Below, piece by piece: positions 1 through 11,191 of a stretch of DNA of 64,000 bases. Position 1 is the first letter of the stretch. Every line of letters begins with the position of its first letter. Source of the stretch: an uncultured delta proteobacterium (GTDB lineage Bacteria; Desulfobacterota; Binatia; Binatales; Binataceae); contig CAWCDG010000003.1 in assembly GCA_963794325.1 (NCBI GenBank), positions 192,001-256,000 of the forward strand, given 5' to 3'. Below the pieces are notes generated by a model. That model worked only from the letters and a program-made list of their open reading frames with translations, did no database searches and was not told the DNA's origin. Position numbers and translations under genes: made by a program.

Positions 1-236
1 CCATCGTCGCGTATCGCGGCGGCGTTCTCGAGTGAGCGGCCAATTTCGGTCATCGCGTCGAAGCCGTAGCTGCCTCCTTCGCCCTTGACGCGATGCGCGA
101 TGCGGCTGATCTCGGCGTAGTCGCGGCGCGTGACCGCGTCGAAAATCGTGTCGATATCGGTGCGTTTATGCGCCAGAAATCCCGGGATCAGGTCGCTGAG
201 ATCCTGATCAACTTCCACAATTACTCGGTCCGGCAT
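1..236 (-). CDS. Hpt (histidine phosphotransfer) domain protein, 3' end outside window
   Basis: Manual translation MPDRVIVEVDQDLSDLIPGFLAHKRTDIDTIFDAVTRRDYAEISRIAHRVKGEGGSYGFDAMTEIGRSLE has the Hpt H-x-x-K-G motif; start overlaps the end of the hybrid kinase, RBS GGAGG upstream. Confidence 0.85.
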   Translation of the reverse strand, partial: MPDRVIVEVDQDLSDLIPGFLAHKRTDIDTIFDAVTRRDYAEISRIAHRVKGEGGSYGFDAMTEIGRSLENAAAIRDD

Positions 237-3200
237 GTTTCCTCCTTGAGCCTTGTAACCTCAGTCGGTTCGTCATCCAGCATGTTCCCTTCTATTGCGT
301 CGCGAATTCCCTCGAGCAGCGTCGATTTTTTGACCGGCTTGGTTATGTGCGCGTCGCATCCCGCCGCCTTGCTGCGATTCACCGCTTCTTCGAGCGCCGA
401 TGCGGTAAGCGCCACGATGGGCGTGCGGCGGCGGCTGTTCGCCAGCTCCCAGGCTCGAATCGCCGAGGTCGCTTCGTAGCCGTCAACGTTCGGCATCTGG
501 ATGTCCATCAGCACCAGGTCGAAATTGCCGGCGACAAATTTATCGATCGCATCCTGGCCATCTTCGGCTTCGACCAGGAGGTAGGGAGTCTTTTTCAGAT
601 AGGCCCGAATCAGCGCGCGGTTATCGTTCGAATCGTCGGCCATCAGAATCTGCAATGGCCGATTGAGAATCGCCGATGACGCCGAGTGCGGGTCGATTGA
701 TAGCGACGCGGGCCGGTCCCCGCGCAGGTTGTGCGCGCCAGCGCATGCTCGCGCGACCGCCGCGAACAACTCTGCGCGTCGCACCGGCTTGACTATGTAG
801 TTGTCTATCCCGAGCGCGCGCAGGCGCGAGACCTCGCTGGTCAAGTCGCTGGTGCGCAGCATCATTACGATCTCCGGCCGTCCATGCCCCGCGGTGAAGA
901 TCTGTTCCGCGAGATTGAACCCTCGCTGCAAGGGACTCGCGATGTCGAGCAGTACGACCTGGACGTGCGATCCCTGGAGCGCCGTCATCGCGTCTGTCGG
1001 CGACGACGCCTGGATTACCTGCGCCCCTTGCCCTTCGAGCAGTTCCGCGAGGATTGCCCGGCTGTCGGCGTTGTGATCGACGACGAGTATTCTGGCGTCG
1101 CCGAGTGCCTGCGCCTGCTGGACCGGAATGCTTTTCGCAACTCCGAACTGCGCGGTGAATGAAAATGCGCTGCCTGCTCCCGGCTCGCTCGCGACCGCGA
1201 CCTCGCCATGCATCAGCGCAACCAGCCGCGAGACGATCGCCAATCCGAGCCCGCTGCCGCCGTATTTTCGTGAGGTCGAAGAGTCGGCCTGGCTGAATGC
1301 CTTGAAGAGCAGGTGGCGCTGATCGGCGGGAACACCGATTCCGGTATCGGTGACCGTGAACTTGAGCATGCCCGCGATGGTCGAGTCCGGATCGCGCCCG
1401 ACCGACACGAGGACTTGTCCATGGTGGGTGAATTTGATCGCATTGCCGACCAGGTTGATCAGGATCTGGCCGAGTCGCAGCGAATCGCCCAGCACGACCT
1501 CGGGGACCTCCGGCGCAAACCGCACGATCAGCTCGAGGCCTTTCTCATGCGCGCGAATCGCCAGCGCCTCGAGCACCTTCTCGGTCTCGTCCTTGAGATT
1601 GAATTCGACCGCCTCGAGGCTGATCCGCCCACTCTCGACCTTGGCGAGGTCCAGGATGCTGTTGATCAATGCGAGCAGGGCGTGGCCGTTGCTGATAACG
1701 GTGCTCAAGTATCGTCGCTGCTCGTCGTCGAGCGCGGTTTCCATCAACTGATCGGACATTCCGAGTATTGAGTTCATTGGCGTGCGAATCTCGTGCGACA
1801 TGCTCGACAGGAACTCCGACTTGGCGCGCGACGCCGCCAGCGCCGCCTCGCGCGCGGCGACCAGCTCGCGGTGGGTCATTTTGACATCGGCGATATTCCG
1901 ACAGATCGTGAGGCAACACATCTCGCCGTGGAGTTCCAAGTTGATCGCCGAAAGGAGCACGGGCTGCTCCGATCCATCTTTCATCCGGAAAGCCACCTCG
2001 AGGTTTCTCACTTCGTTGGTCCGGGTGAGTTGGTCGGCGAAGCGAATCATTTCGTCGGGATGGATCCACAGGTTGAGCTCGGTGAAGTGATGGCCGATGG
2101 CCTCTTCGCGCGAGTAGCCGGTGGTCTTGATAAATTCCTGGTTGACATCGAGGTAGGTTCCAGTGATGCCGCCGAGCGTCATGCTGTCGAGGTTTGCGTC
2201 GAACAGTTTGCGGAAAGTCTCTTCGCTATCACTAAGGGCTTTCACGCTCTGTTCGAGCTTGTGCGAGGCTTCCCTGGCCGCCGTCATATCGCGAATCATC
2301 GTGACGACGCAGTCTTCGCCCTCGAGTTCGACGCGGACCGCGGACACCACCGCCGGCATCACGATCCCATCGGGCTTCAGGAAATCCGCTTCCATGTTGC
2401 GGACGACGCCGCCGGATGCGATCCGATCGCGAAACTCCTGATGCTGTCGCTCGTTTGCCCAGAGCTGGCGCTTGCCGATGCGGGAATCGTCGAGATCTTT
2501 TTGCTGATAGCCGATTCGCTCAAACTGCTGGTTGAAATCGACATAAGCGTTATCTGACAGTCGGGTCACCACGATAATGTCGAGCGTCGCGTCGAAGATC
2601 TTGCGCAGCGCCGCGTGACTGGCGCGCAGGCTGGTCTCGACGCGCTTTATCTCGGTGATGTCCCTGATCATCGAGATCACGCACGGCTCACCGTTCACTT
2701 CGATGGTCGAGGCCGAGATGAGATGTGTCTCGTCGTCGGTGCCGCCCTTGCGGCGCTGCACGGTCTCCATGTTCTTGACGCGACCGGTTTGCCTGAGGGT
2801 CTCGAGAAACCGGTTCATTTGCTCTTCATGCCGCCACATCCCGAGCTCGATCACGCTGGCCTTCATCACATCGTCGCGAGTGTAACCCGCCACCTGGTAC
2901 TCGTCGTTGACGGCAATGAAACGTCCGTCGACAAGGCTATTGACCGCGATATTGTCCGGCGACGCTTCGAACATTTTCCGCAGCATCGCCTCGCTCGCCT
3001 GCAGCCGGACGTGATCGCGTTCCAGCGCAGCCGCCGCTTCCGCGCGCAGATCCATTTCGCGCCTCAGCAGACGATCATTCTGCGCCAGTGCCGCGAATTG
3101 TTCGGCCAATTTCCGCCGATAGCGGACGCTAAGCACTGCACTCAGCTGCGACAACAGCGCCCCGCTCGCGAGCACCATCCAGGCGATCCCAATACGCGGA

Positions 3201-3829
3201 TTTGGGTCCGTGGTTTGCGACGAGTACGCCAGCAACCCGATCGCTCCAATCCCCTCGAGCGCCGCCTGGCATCGCGCGCTCCACGGAAGCAGGGTCCCTG
3301 CGCCAAAGAAAAACAACAGGAGCGACGCCACCAACACGTCGCTGTCGCGGTTGACCACCGCAATCGACGCCGTGCTCGCCAATAGCGACGAAAAGAGTAT
3401 CAGCGTGATTGCCCGCCAGTTCCGCATCGCGCGCGGCGAGAGCGTTGCGACGAGTGCAGCAAGGCCGAAGGTTACGCTCGCGATGTGAAGCGGGAGAGTG
3501 ATCGCAAACGTCTGCGGATACTCCCCGCCGTCAAGCGCCGTATATCCAATTTCAAAAGCTATTATCGCGTACAGGCACGCACGCAGTACCGGCGACACCA
3601 ATTCCGGATTGTCGTCGGCGACCGCGATGATGGTCACCCTATCGTCCCGACGCTGCGCCGGGTCGATCGCGATACCACCGGTTATCGGAGCCGAGTTGCC
3701 AACTCCATTGGGCACAATGGTGCCGTTGGTTGAAAGGCGCGCGTTACCGTCGCCAATCCACTCGGCCGACGGATCTGCCTGAAGGTCCACATTTGAGTAG
3801 CAAGCAATTCCAATGCCTCTGCGGAGCAT
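221..3829 (-). CDS. Hybrid sensor histidine kinase/response regulator (membrane region, 3 PAS, HisKA, HATPase, 2 REC)
   Basis: FLSSMSHEIRTPMN H-box, NLVGNAIKFT N-box, DTGIG and GGSGLGL G-boxes, receiver motifs LMDIQMP/TKP; three PAS repeats starting S..LRK.F.A..D; true start probably somewhat downstream. Confidence 0.92.
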   Translation of the reverse strand: MLRRGIGIACYSNVDLQADPSAEWIGDGNARLSTNGTIVPNGVGNSAPITGGIAIDPAQRRDDRVTIIAVADDNPELVSPVLRACLYAIIAFEIGYTALDGGEYPQTFAITLPLHIASVTFGLAALVATLSPRAMRNWRAITLILFSSLLASTASIAVVNRDSDVLVASLLLFFFGAGTLLPWSARCQAALEGIGAIGLLAYSSQTTDPNPRIGIAWMVLASGALLSQLSAVLSVRYRRKLAEQFAALAQNDRLLRREMDLRAEAAAALERDHVRLQASEAMLRKMFEASPDNIAVNSLVDGRFIAVNDEYQVAGYTRDDVMKASVIELGMWRHEEQMNRFLETLRQTGRVKNMETVQRRKGGTDDETHLISASTIEVNGEPCVISMIRDITEIKRVETSLRASHAALRKIFDATLDIIVVTRLSDNAYVDFNQQFERIGYQQKDLDDSRIGKRQLWANERQHQEFRDRIASGGVVRNMEADFLKPDGIVMPAVVSAVRVELEGEDCVVTMIRDMTAAREASHKLEQSVKALSDSEETFRKLFDANLDSMTLGGITGTYLDVNQEFIKTTGYSREEAIGHHFTELNLWIHPDEMIRFADQLTRTNEVRNLEVAFRMKDGSEQPVLLSAINLELHGEMCCLTICRNIADVKMTHRELVAAREAALAASRAKSEFLSSMSHEIRTPMNSILGMSDQLMETALDDEQRRYLSTVISNGHALLALINSILDLAKVESGRISLEAVEFNLKDETEKVLEALAIRAHEKGLELIVRFAPEVPEVVLGDSLRLGQILINLVGNAIKFTHHGQVLVSVGRDPDSTIAGMLKFTVTDTGIGVPADQRHLLFKAFSQADSSTSRKYGGSGLGLAIVSRLVALMHGEVAVASEPGAGSAFSFTAQFGVAKSIPVQQAQALGDARILVVDHNADSRAILAELLEGQGAQVIQASSPTDAMTALQGSHVQVVLLDIASPLQRGFNLAEQIFTAGHGRPEIVMMLRTSDLTSEVSRLRALGIDNYIVKPVRRAELFAAVARACAGAHNLRGDRPASLSIDPHSASSAILNRPLQILMADDSNDNRALIRAYLKKTPYLLVEAEDGQDAIDKFVAGNFDLVLMDIQMPNVDGYEATSAIRAWELANSRRRTPIVALTASALEEAVNRSKAAGCDAHITKPVKKSTLLEGIRDAIEGNMLDDEPTEVTRLKEETCRTE

Positions 3830-3913
3830 TGCGACGATTTGCTATTGCAGCTTGGGGTTGGCTGCGGTCGTCGAATTTTTGTCGTGTCGCGCCGGGTGTC
3901 CCAAAATGCGGCG

Positions 3914-5080
3914 TCAGCGGTCGCTGCCGCCTAGCGCGGTCTCGAAATCCTCGAGCAGGTCGTCGCTCGATTCGAGGCCTACCGACAGCCGCACCAAGCC
4001 GTCGCCGATTCCGGCCCGCGCGCGCTCCGTCGCCGACATGCCCGAGTGCGAAGTCGTTGAAGGCCGCGTGATCAGAGTCTCGACGCCGCCGAGACTGGGC
4101 GCGCTGATCGGGATCGTCACGCGCTCCATGAAGCAGTCAGCCGCATCGAGGCCGCCCTCGAGCTCGAAGCTCAGCACGCCGCCGAAGCCGTCGAACAGTT
4201 CGCACGCGCGGAGGTGATTCGAATGGCTCTCGAGGCCGGGATAGTTAACCCGCGCGATTGCGCGATGCTGCTCGAGCCATCGCGCAATCTTGAGCGCGCT
4301 CTCATTCTGATGACGGACGCGCACGCCGAGCGTTTTCATCCCGCGATGCAGCAGAAAGCAAGCGTGCGGATCGAGCGTCCCGCCAAGATGGTTCAGCGTA
4401 TGGGTTATGCGCTCGACGAGGTCCGCGCGTCCGATCACGGCGCCGGCCACGATGTCGGTGTGCCCGTTGAGGTACTTGGTGCCGCTATGCAGCGAGAGAT
4501 CAAAGCCGATTTCCGCGGGACGAAAATTAATCGGGCTCGCGAAGGTGTTATCGATGATCGAGAGGAGCCCATTCCCGGCTGCGAAATCCACTGCCGCTTG
4601 CAAGTCGCTGACTTGCAGCAACGGATTGGACATCGCCTCGACGTAGATCGCCTTGGTGTTGGGACGAAGCGCCTCGCGCCATGTAGCCGGCTCGTCACCG
4701 TCGATGAAATCAACCGAGAGCCCGTAGCGCGGGAACTCCTCGACGAACAGATCGTGGGTGCCGCCGTAAACGCAGTCCTGCGCAATCAGATGTCCGCCGC
4801 CGGCGAGCACGGTGAGCAGCGTCGCCGAAATCGCCGCCATCCCGCTGCCCGCCACCAGCGCCGCCTCCGCGTTCTCGAGCGCCGCCAGCTTGGCGTGCAG
4901 CACCGCGTGATTGGGCGTGTTGTTCAGGCGGATGTAGCGCAAGTCGTGGTAGTTGGTCTGCCCCGCGTACTCGTAGGTCGAGGATTGAAAGATAGGCATC
5001 GTGACCGCGCCTGCGATCAACGGTTCCGGCTCGCCTGCATGAATCAGCTTCGTGTCGAGTCCCTTGATAAGTCGCGCCAT
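3914..5080 (-). CDS. PLP-dependent trans-sulfuration enzyme (cystathionine gamma-synthase/lyase family)
   Basis: TKLIHAG, PIFQSSTY, SGMAAI, DNTFASP, HSGTKYLNGH (PLP lysine), SLGGVETL, VRLSVGLE; ATG at 5080 preceded by GGAGG. Confidence 0.9.
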   Translation of the reverse strand: MARLIKGLDTKLIHAGEPEPLIAGAVTMPIFQSSTYEYAGQTNYHDLRYIRLNNTPNHAVLHAKLAALENAEAALVAGSGMAAISATLLTVLAGGGHLIAQDCVYGGTHDLFVEEFPRYGLSVDFIDGDEPATWREALRPNTKAIYVEAMSNPLLQVSDLQAAVDFAAGNGLLSIIDNTFASPINFRPAEIGFDLSLHSGTKYLNGHTDIVAGAVIGRADLVERITHTLNHLGGTLDPHACFLLHRGMKTLGVRVRHQNESALKIARWLEQHRAIARVNYPGLESHSNHLRACELFDGFGGVLSFELEGGLDAADCFMERVTIPISAPSLGGVETLITRPSTTSHSGMSATERARAGIGDGLVRLSVGLESSDDLLEDFETALGGSDR

Positions 5081-5116
5081 GCTGCCTCCGCAGCACGACA
5101 TTTATCACCCGGCGCG

Positions 5117-6658
5117 TCAGGGAAAATAGGTGTCGGCTGGCTTACCGTCGATGCCAGCGACGTTGCCGACGACTGGTTGCTGGCCGGGCAGGGCGTTGCG
5201 TCCGAACAGCGCCGCAGTTTGATCGCTATATAGTAGATGCCAGCGCGGGTCTTTTCTCACCACGTCGGCGCCCTTGTCGTGCACTCCCATCAGCACGTAG
5301 TCGTGGGGGTAGGCGTCGAGCAGTTTATCCGCGCCGTCCATTCCATAGAAAAAAATCGCGTAGTCGCCTTCCTGCTTGTCGGTGTAAACCAGCTCGCCGC
5401 GCGGATCGATATAGACCTTGAAAGCGTCACCCATGTGCCAGAGGACGTAGGAGCCCCATTCGAACTGGGGAAGGATATTGCCGTGAAGTTTGTGCTGCTG
5501 CATGAACGCGAGCGCGCCGGTGGGCATCGGCTTCCAGGTTCTGAGCCGATTCGAGAAGGTTCCACCGACCAGCGCAAGTGCAATCGCGCAGACGGCCAGC
5601 AGAGCCGCAGGCTCGTTCTCGCCGGCCGGCGCGGGAGGTTGGATCTCGCCTCTTCGCGCTAACGCGAGACTGGCATGACGCGCCAGGGGAATCGCGACTG
5701 CGATCACCCCGACCGCCACGTTGCGCGCGGCATAGAAGGCGGCGCCGATGAAGATCGCCGCGACTGCGATTAGCGGCGCGTCCTCGACGTGGGGAGCGAT
5801 CGCAACTGCCACGACAAAACCGCCAAACATCAGCATCGGCGCCACGTACTGAAGCAATTCCGTCGGAGAGCTCCGCCAATTGGAAAGCATCATCGTCGGC
5901 AGAGGCACCCAGTCAGCGATCACTTTTCTAATCAGCGGGTCGCCGACCGAATGCGCCACTCCGGTCCACAAGCCTACGCCGAACGGATTGATAATCGTGG
6001 CCGCCGCGCATCCGAGCGTGATCAAGGCGAGCCGCCATCCCGACGCGATGCGGCCGGCGTCGCCAAGCCATCCCTGGACGAACATGATCGCAGCTGCGAT
6101 ACCCATCGCGCCGAGGCCGACGATGTAACCGCCGTGAAAATTGGCCCACAACGCGAACATCGGAATCAGCGGCCACAGGATTGCGCGGCCGCGATAGACC
6201 TCGATCGCAAGCGCCATCATCACGAGGCTTATCATCATGAAAGTGAAGAGCTGCGGCCGAAATTGCATCTGAGTCGAGATCGCGACGGCGCTGAGAATGA
6301 GCGTGAGACGCTGTACTCGCGCTGAAGCGCGGGTCGCGGAGATCCCGACCGCCAGAGCGATGATCAAGATGCTCGAGCAGATCACTTTCAGGAGCTTCAG
6401 GCCGAAGACGCCGAGATGCGCATAGAAAAATGCCAGCGCCACCTGCGACAGCCATTCGTGATTGTGCCACACTGCCCCGGCCGCGCTGTAAGAGTAAGTG
6501 TCGAAGCGCGGGATGTGACCGGTGCGCAGAGTCGTCTGCCCGGTAAGCATATGAATCCACAGGTCGGGCTCGGCAAAATTGTCGGCCGTCGCCAGTGCGA
6601 TCGACACGATTACCGTCCATCGTGCCGCGGAAAGTAGCGAGTAGCGCTGACTCTTCAA
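5117..6658 (-). CDS. Polytopic membrane protein, probable GT-C fold glycosyltransferase
   Basis: EPDLWIHMLTG loop after TM1, RPQLFT, LWANFHGG, INPFG, C-terminal WGSYVLW...YIDPR domain; many TM segments. Confidence 0.65.
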   Translation of the reverse strand: MKSQRYSLLSAARWTVIVSIALATADNFAEPDLWIHMLTGQTTLRTGHIPRFDTYSYSAAGAVWHNHEWLSQVALAFFYAHLGVFGLKLLKVICSSILIIALAVGISATRASARVQRLTLILSAVAISTQMQFRPQLFTFMMISLVMMALAIEVYRGRAILWPLIPMFALWANFHGGYIVGLGAMGIAAAIMFVQGWLGDAGRIASGWRLALITLGCAAATIINPFGVGLWTGVAHSVGDPLIRKVIADWVPLPTMMLSNWRSSPTELLQYVAPMLMFGGFVVAVAIAPHVEDAPLIAVAAIFIGAAFYAARNVAVGVIAVAIPLARHASLALARRGEIQPPAPAGENEPAALLAVCAIALALVGGTFSNRLRTWKPMPTGALAFMQQHKLHGNILPQFEWGSYVLWHMGDAFKVYIDPRGELVYTDKQEGDYAIFFYGMDGADKLLDAYPHDYVLMGVHDKGADVVRKDPRWHLLYSDQTAALFGRNALPGQQPVVGNVAGIDGKPADTYFP

Positions 6659-6750
6659 CGACGTGCGAGTGAATCATCGGCGATGCGCTTCCGCAATAGC
6701 CCACCGCCAGCGTACTTTCACAGCCTCGATCGCGCCGGTAGTCTAATCGC

Positions 6751-8052
6751 GTGAAATCTCCCGTAATCGGCGGCGACTTGGATCCTGCGTCGAGTCCGGG
6801 CGTGGCCGGCGCGAACGGCTCCCCGCCTCCAAACCGGGAGGGGGCTTTCATCGGCGGGTTAAGAGAGGCCAGCTGGATCAATTCCGAGCGCATCCGCGTT
6901 TACGCCCGTATGCTCTGTGCGTGCTACCTGGCACTTTTCGTGGCCTGGTTGGTACTGAGGCCGGGCGGAATCCTGGCGACCTTGCAACCGGTCGGTGGCG
7001 ACTTTCCACCTTATTGGGCAGCTTCTTCGCTGGCGCTGCGCGGACATCCTGCGGCGGTGTACGATCACCGAAGCTGGACGCCGTCGAGAAAGCGGTGATG
7101 AGGGGCAAAGGTCCGGGCTTCCAGCCATTCTTGTAGTCCGCCCATATTCCTCGTGATAGTGCTCCCGCTCGCGATGCTTCCGTACAATGGCGCGCTGATC
7201 GCGTGGACGCTGGTCGGGGTGGCGGCCTATCTAATCGTAGTGCGGAAGATCGCGCCTGAACGCGATACGCTCTGGGTCGCTCTCGCATTTCCAGGCGCCC
7301 TGCTAACTATTCTCGACGGACAGAACGGCCTGATAACCGCGGCGTTGTTCGGAGGCGGATTATTGCTGCTGGAACGCCGCCCGTGGATCGCTGGCGCGCT
7401 GTTCGGACTCCTATGCTACAAGCCGCAGTTCGGTATCCTGTTACCTGTGGCTTTGGTAGCAGGGCGCCAATGGCGAGCTGCTACCGCCGCGGCGCTGGTG
7501 GTGTCCGCGTTGGTGGTACTCTCGGCCGCGTTGTTCGGGATGCAGACCTGGCGAGCGTTCATGGACGGCATCCCGTTAGCGACCCACAGCATGATGGGTC
7601 AAGGCGACGTCGGATTCGGCAAGCTTCAGAGCATCTTCGGCGCGGCGAGACAGTGGGGTGCATCGGCCGCGGTCGGTTACGCGATGCAAGCAATTGTCGG
7701 CTTGCTCACGGCGGGCGCGGTGCTCTGGATCTGGCTCAAGTCTGGCAGATTTCCAGCCAAAGCCGCGGCGTTGGTCACTGGAACCCTGCTGGTCACGCCG
7801 TATCTGCTCGACTACGACCTGGTGCTGCTGGCGCTGCCCATAGCGTGGCTGTCGTGGGACGCGATGAACTCGGGTTTCCTCCCATTGGAAAAATCGATCT
7901 TGTTTCTCATATGGTTGTTTCCACTGTTCGCCCGAGCGCTGAGCCTGCTCGCGTCGTTGCCGCTGACGCCATTGCTGCTCGCGCTGCTGATGGTTGCCAT
8001 CGTCCGGCGCAGCTCGGTGGTAACGAGTCCCGCCAGCATATCGACTGAGTAA
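6751..8052 (+). pseudogene. Glycosyltransferase family 87 / DUF2029 membrane protein, interrupted by two frameshifts (possibly sequencing errors)
   Basis: GGDFPPYWAAS...AVYD in ORF 6751-7098; frame shifts near 7068 and near 7135 (ttgtagtccgccc where F-L-Y-P-P is expected); continues with DGQNG, YKPQFG, PYLLDYDL in ORF 7153-8052. Confidence 0.75.
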
Positions 8053-8112
8053 CAACGAAGGTGCATGCAGGCGACCATGCACTATCGTGATCCTGAATCA
8101 GATTACAAACCG

Positions 8113-8848
8113 TCAAGGTTTTTTTTGCGCCACCAGCAACAGCGAGACGCCGAAAGGCACAGAGAAGTGGCCGAGCGCATACCGCTCGCTCGATGAACAC
8201 GGTTCGCAGGAGCGAATTGACAAAGCCGGAGTGGGCGCGGAGGTCGTGCTCATGCTGCGGGCTCGATTTGCGCAAACGGCCCAGCAGACGTCCCGCCGCG
8301 ATCACCGGAAATAACAGGAAGTTGTAGTAACTGAGATAAGCTACGGCATAGCCGGAGCGCTCGAAAAGCGCGCGCAGATCGCTCGCTACATACCGTCGTT
8401 GGTGGTGGTGCGTGACGTCATGCGAGCTCCACAGCCAGGAGAACGCGGGGACGGTCGCCAGCAGCCACCGCCCGGCTTAGCCGATCGCGAAGAGCGACTA
8501 GCGCTTCCTGATCGCGATCGAGATGCTCCAAAACATCGGTCATCACGAACAAATCGAAGCGGACACTCTCGAACGGAATTCGATCGGGCAGTTGGCCCGG
8601 CTCGACAATCGCGGTTCTTCTCGCGCTGGAAAATCTGCATGCCTCGAGGTCGGAGTCCATCGCGTAGACCTCGCCAAGCGAGCTAACATCGCGAGGTTGC
8701 CGCCAGTGCCGCAGCCCGGCTCGAGAATGCGGGCGCCCGTGGACAAGCCCAGGCGCGACAGTGCGCTTCCGACAATCGCCCGGCGGGAACAAAACCACCA
8801 GTGACTGTCTTCAACTCGCGCCATCAGCGGATAGAGATTGGAGTCCAC
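8113..8848 (-). pseudogene. Class I SAM-dependent methyltransferase, multiple frameshifts
   Basis: Fragments in different frames: EDSHWWF..RR, ILEPGCGTGGN, DVLEHLD, VPAFSWLWSSHDVTHHHQRRY, PFGVSLLLVAQKKP*. Confidence 0.75.
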
Positions 8849-8851
8849 GCG

Positions 8852-9816
8852 TCAGGTGCGATTTTCGTACTGATCGAAGCCGTGCGTCTCGCGCAAAAGA
8901 TAGAGGGGACGGTGTTTGACCTCGGTGTAGACCCGGCCCAGATATTCGCCGATGACGCCCAGAGTGATGAGTTGAATGCCGGCCAGAAACAACACGACCA
9001 CCATCAACGAGGTGTAGCCGGGAACGTCGATTCCGCGCACCAGCTTGAGCAGCGCGAGAAAAATTGCGTAGGTAAAGGCGAGCAATGAGATGACGACTCA
9101 CGTAGCTGCAGATCTCCAGCGACAACGAAGAACAAGCGACCCAGAGTGCACAATTCCAATGCGGCAGTCCTCCACGGCTCGGCCGGCAGCGCGCCTTCGT
9201 CAAAGCGAATCGATCGCGAAGCCGAGCAGGCGAACAGTCCTTTCATGAATCGCAACGTTGGGGAGCCGTAGCAGCGCATGACCACGCCGGTCAGCAGACG
9301 GAAATCTCCCGCGTTGGGCGGAATCGGAACCTCGGACACGGCGTCAAACAGACGATAGAACACGCTGGCGGTGAGCCGCTTGACGAGTCCGTCGCCAGGC
9401 CGCGCATGCCGGGTTGCATACACCACATCGTAGCCAAGGCGCCACTGCGCCATCATCTCTTCGATCAGCTCGGGGGGATCCTGCAAGTCACAGTCAATCG
9501 GGATGATTGCCGCGCCGCAGCTATGCTCCATGCCTGCGCTGAGCGCCACTTCTTTGCCGAAGTTGCGAGAGAGGCTTAAGATTTTGATCCGAGGGTCCTG
9601 GACCCGCTGTTCGAGCAGGCGGGCTAGCGTCTCATCCGTGCTCCCATCATCGACGCAGATCACTTCGTAGCTGACCGCCAACCCTTCGAGCACCGCGAGC
9701 AGCCGCCGGAAGAACTCATCGAGGTTGGCGGCCTCGCTATGAATCGGGCCTACGATCGAGAGTTTGACCCCCGATTCTCCCAACTGCTTTGCGGATGTGG
9801 ATCTGTTGCGCCGCAA
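8852..9816 (-). pseudogene. GtrB/YfdH-like GT2 polyprenol-phosphate glycosyltransferase, disrupted by several small deletions
   Basis: VDDGSTD, LSRNFGKEVALSAG, DCDLQDPP, GDFRLL, RFMKGLF, then in another frame PGYTSLM...GVIGEYLGRVYTEVKHRPLY. Confidence 0.8.
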
Positions 9817-9889
9817 AGTCCTGATCGGTATTCACACTGTTATACAATGAGTCCCCGCTTAGCTCCTCGCTTTCAACGTGCCGATTGGC

Positions 9890-9905
9890 AGCACTTAGTA
9901 TGCCA
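9890..9905 (-). promoter_or_regulatory. Possible sigma-54 promoter upstream of the GtrB-like gene
   Basis: Minus strand TGGCATACTAAGTGCT fits GG-N10-GC (-24/-12) and points toward the gtrB-like start about 75-120 bp away. Confidence 0.3.
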
Positions 9906-10048
9906 GAATTGCCGCCACTAAAAAGCCATCTGAAATTTTACCGGCTTACTTCGAAGCTCGTCATGTCCGGGTTGTTGCATCGACGCAACAGACTCTCTAA
10001 GTCCGCCGCGCGCTTTCGCCTGCTCCACCTCGTCTGTAATCTGATCGC

Positions 10049-11191
10049 GTGAAAGCTCTGGTAATCGGCGGCGGTATAATCGGCAGTTCGGTCGCGTGGC
10101 GGCTCGCGTCTGAAGGCGTACAGGTCAGCGTTTTCGAGCGTGGCCGTCTCGGCCTCGAAGCCTCGTGGGCGGCGGCTGGATTAATCGGACCGCAAGCCGA
10201 GGCGCACGAGCCCGGCGCGTTTTTCGATCTTGCGCTTGCCGGCAAGCGCTCCTTCGACGCCATCGTCGATCGCCTCACCGCCGAGAGCGGCGTCGATCCC
10301 GAGTACGACGACCACGGCGTGCTCTACGTCGCCTTCGACGATGCGGCGCGCGCCGAGCTCCAGTCGCGCGCACGATGGCAGCGTGCGGCCGGTGGCAACG
10401 TCGAGGAGCTGTCCCCGCGCGAGGCCTTTAGACTCGCGCCGGTGCTCTCGGAAAAGATCATCTTCGCGCTGCACATGCCTAGCAACCGGCGCGTCGAGAA
10501 TCGCAAGCTCACCCTTGCCTATATCAACGCCGCCACCAACGCCGGCGCCGAGTTCCGCGAGGGCGCGCGCGTCAATTCGATCGCAATCGAAGGTGGGCGC
10601 GCGACTGGCCTGCGGCTGGCAGATGGATCGCTCGAGACCGGCGACGTCATCATCAACGCGGCCGGCGCATGGGCCGGCGACATTCGCGGACTCGAGGACG
10701 ATCGCCTTCACTTCTACCCGGTCCGCGGACAAATCCTATGCTTCGACGCGCGCCCCGGGCTGGTCGGCCCTTCGCTGTTTTCCGCATCCGGCATAGTGGT
10801 TCCGCGGCGCGACGGCCGCATCCTCGCCGGCTCGATTTTCGAGGAGGCCGGCTTCAACAAATCCGTCACACTCGACGGGATGGAACGGATACTGCGCGCG
10901 GTGCGCGCGATGGTCCCGTCGATTGCCTCGATTCCTTTCCGCGAGGCATGGGCAGGACTGCGCCCGGCGAGTGACGACTTGCTCCCAGTGCTGGGCCCGT
11001 CGCCGACGGTCGCCAACGTCCTCTACGCCGCCGGCCACTTCCGCAGCGGCATCCTGCTGTCCGCATTAACCGGAGAAGTGATCGCCGATCTGGTCAAGCA
11101 GCGCACGCCTTCGATCGATCTGACACCATTCTCACCGGCGCGCTTCCGCAACGGCACCGCACGACCGGTGAAACTCGCCGACATGATATGA
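10049..11191 (+). CDS. thiO: Glycine oxidase ThiO (FAD-dependent DAO family)
   Basis: VIGGGIIG, EASWAAAGLI, PVRGQI, WAGLRP, GHFRSGILLS. Confidence 0.85.
   Translation: MKALVIGGGIIGSSVAWRLASEGVQVSVFERGRLGLEASWAAAGLIGPQAEAHEPGAFFDLALAGKRSFDAIVDRLTAESGVDPEYDDHGVLYVAFDDAARAELQSRARWQRAAGGNVEELSPREAFRLAPVLSEKIIFALHMPSNRRVENRKLTLAYINAATNAGAEFREGARVNSIAIEGGRATGLRLADGSLETGDVIINAAGAWAGDIRGLEDDRLHFYPVRGQILCFDARPGLVGPSLFSASGIVVPRRDGRILAGSIFEEAGFNKSVTLDGMERILRAVRAMVPSIASIPFREAWAGLRPASDDLLPVLGPSPTVANVLYAAGHFRSGILLSALTGEVIADLVKQRTPSIDLTPFSPARFRNGTARPVKLADMI

Noticed and set aside
9820-10048. TPP riboswitch upstream of thiO
   Set aside because: No CTGAGA or other TPP consensus seen; the gene looks leaderless
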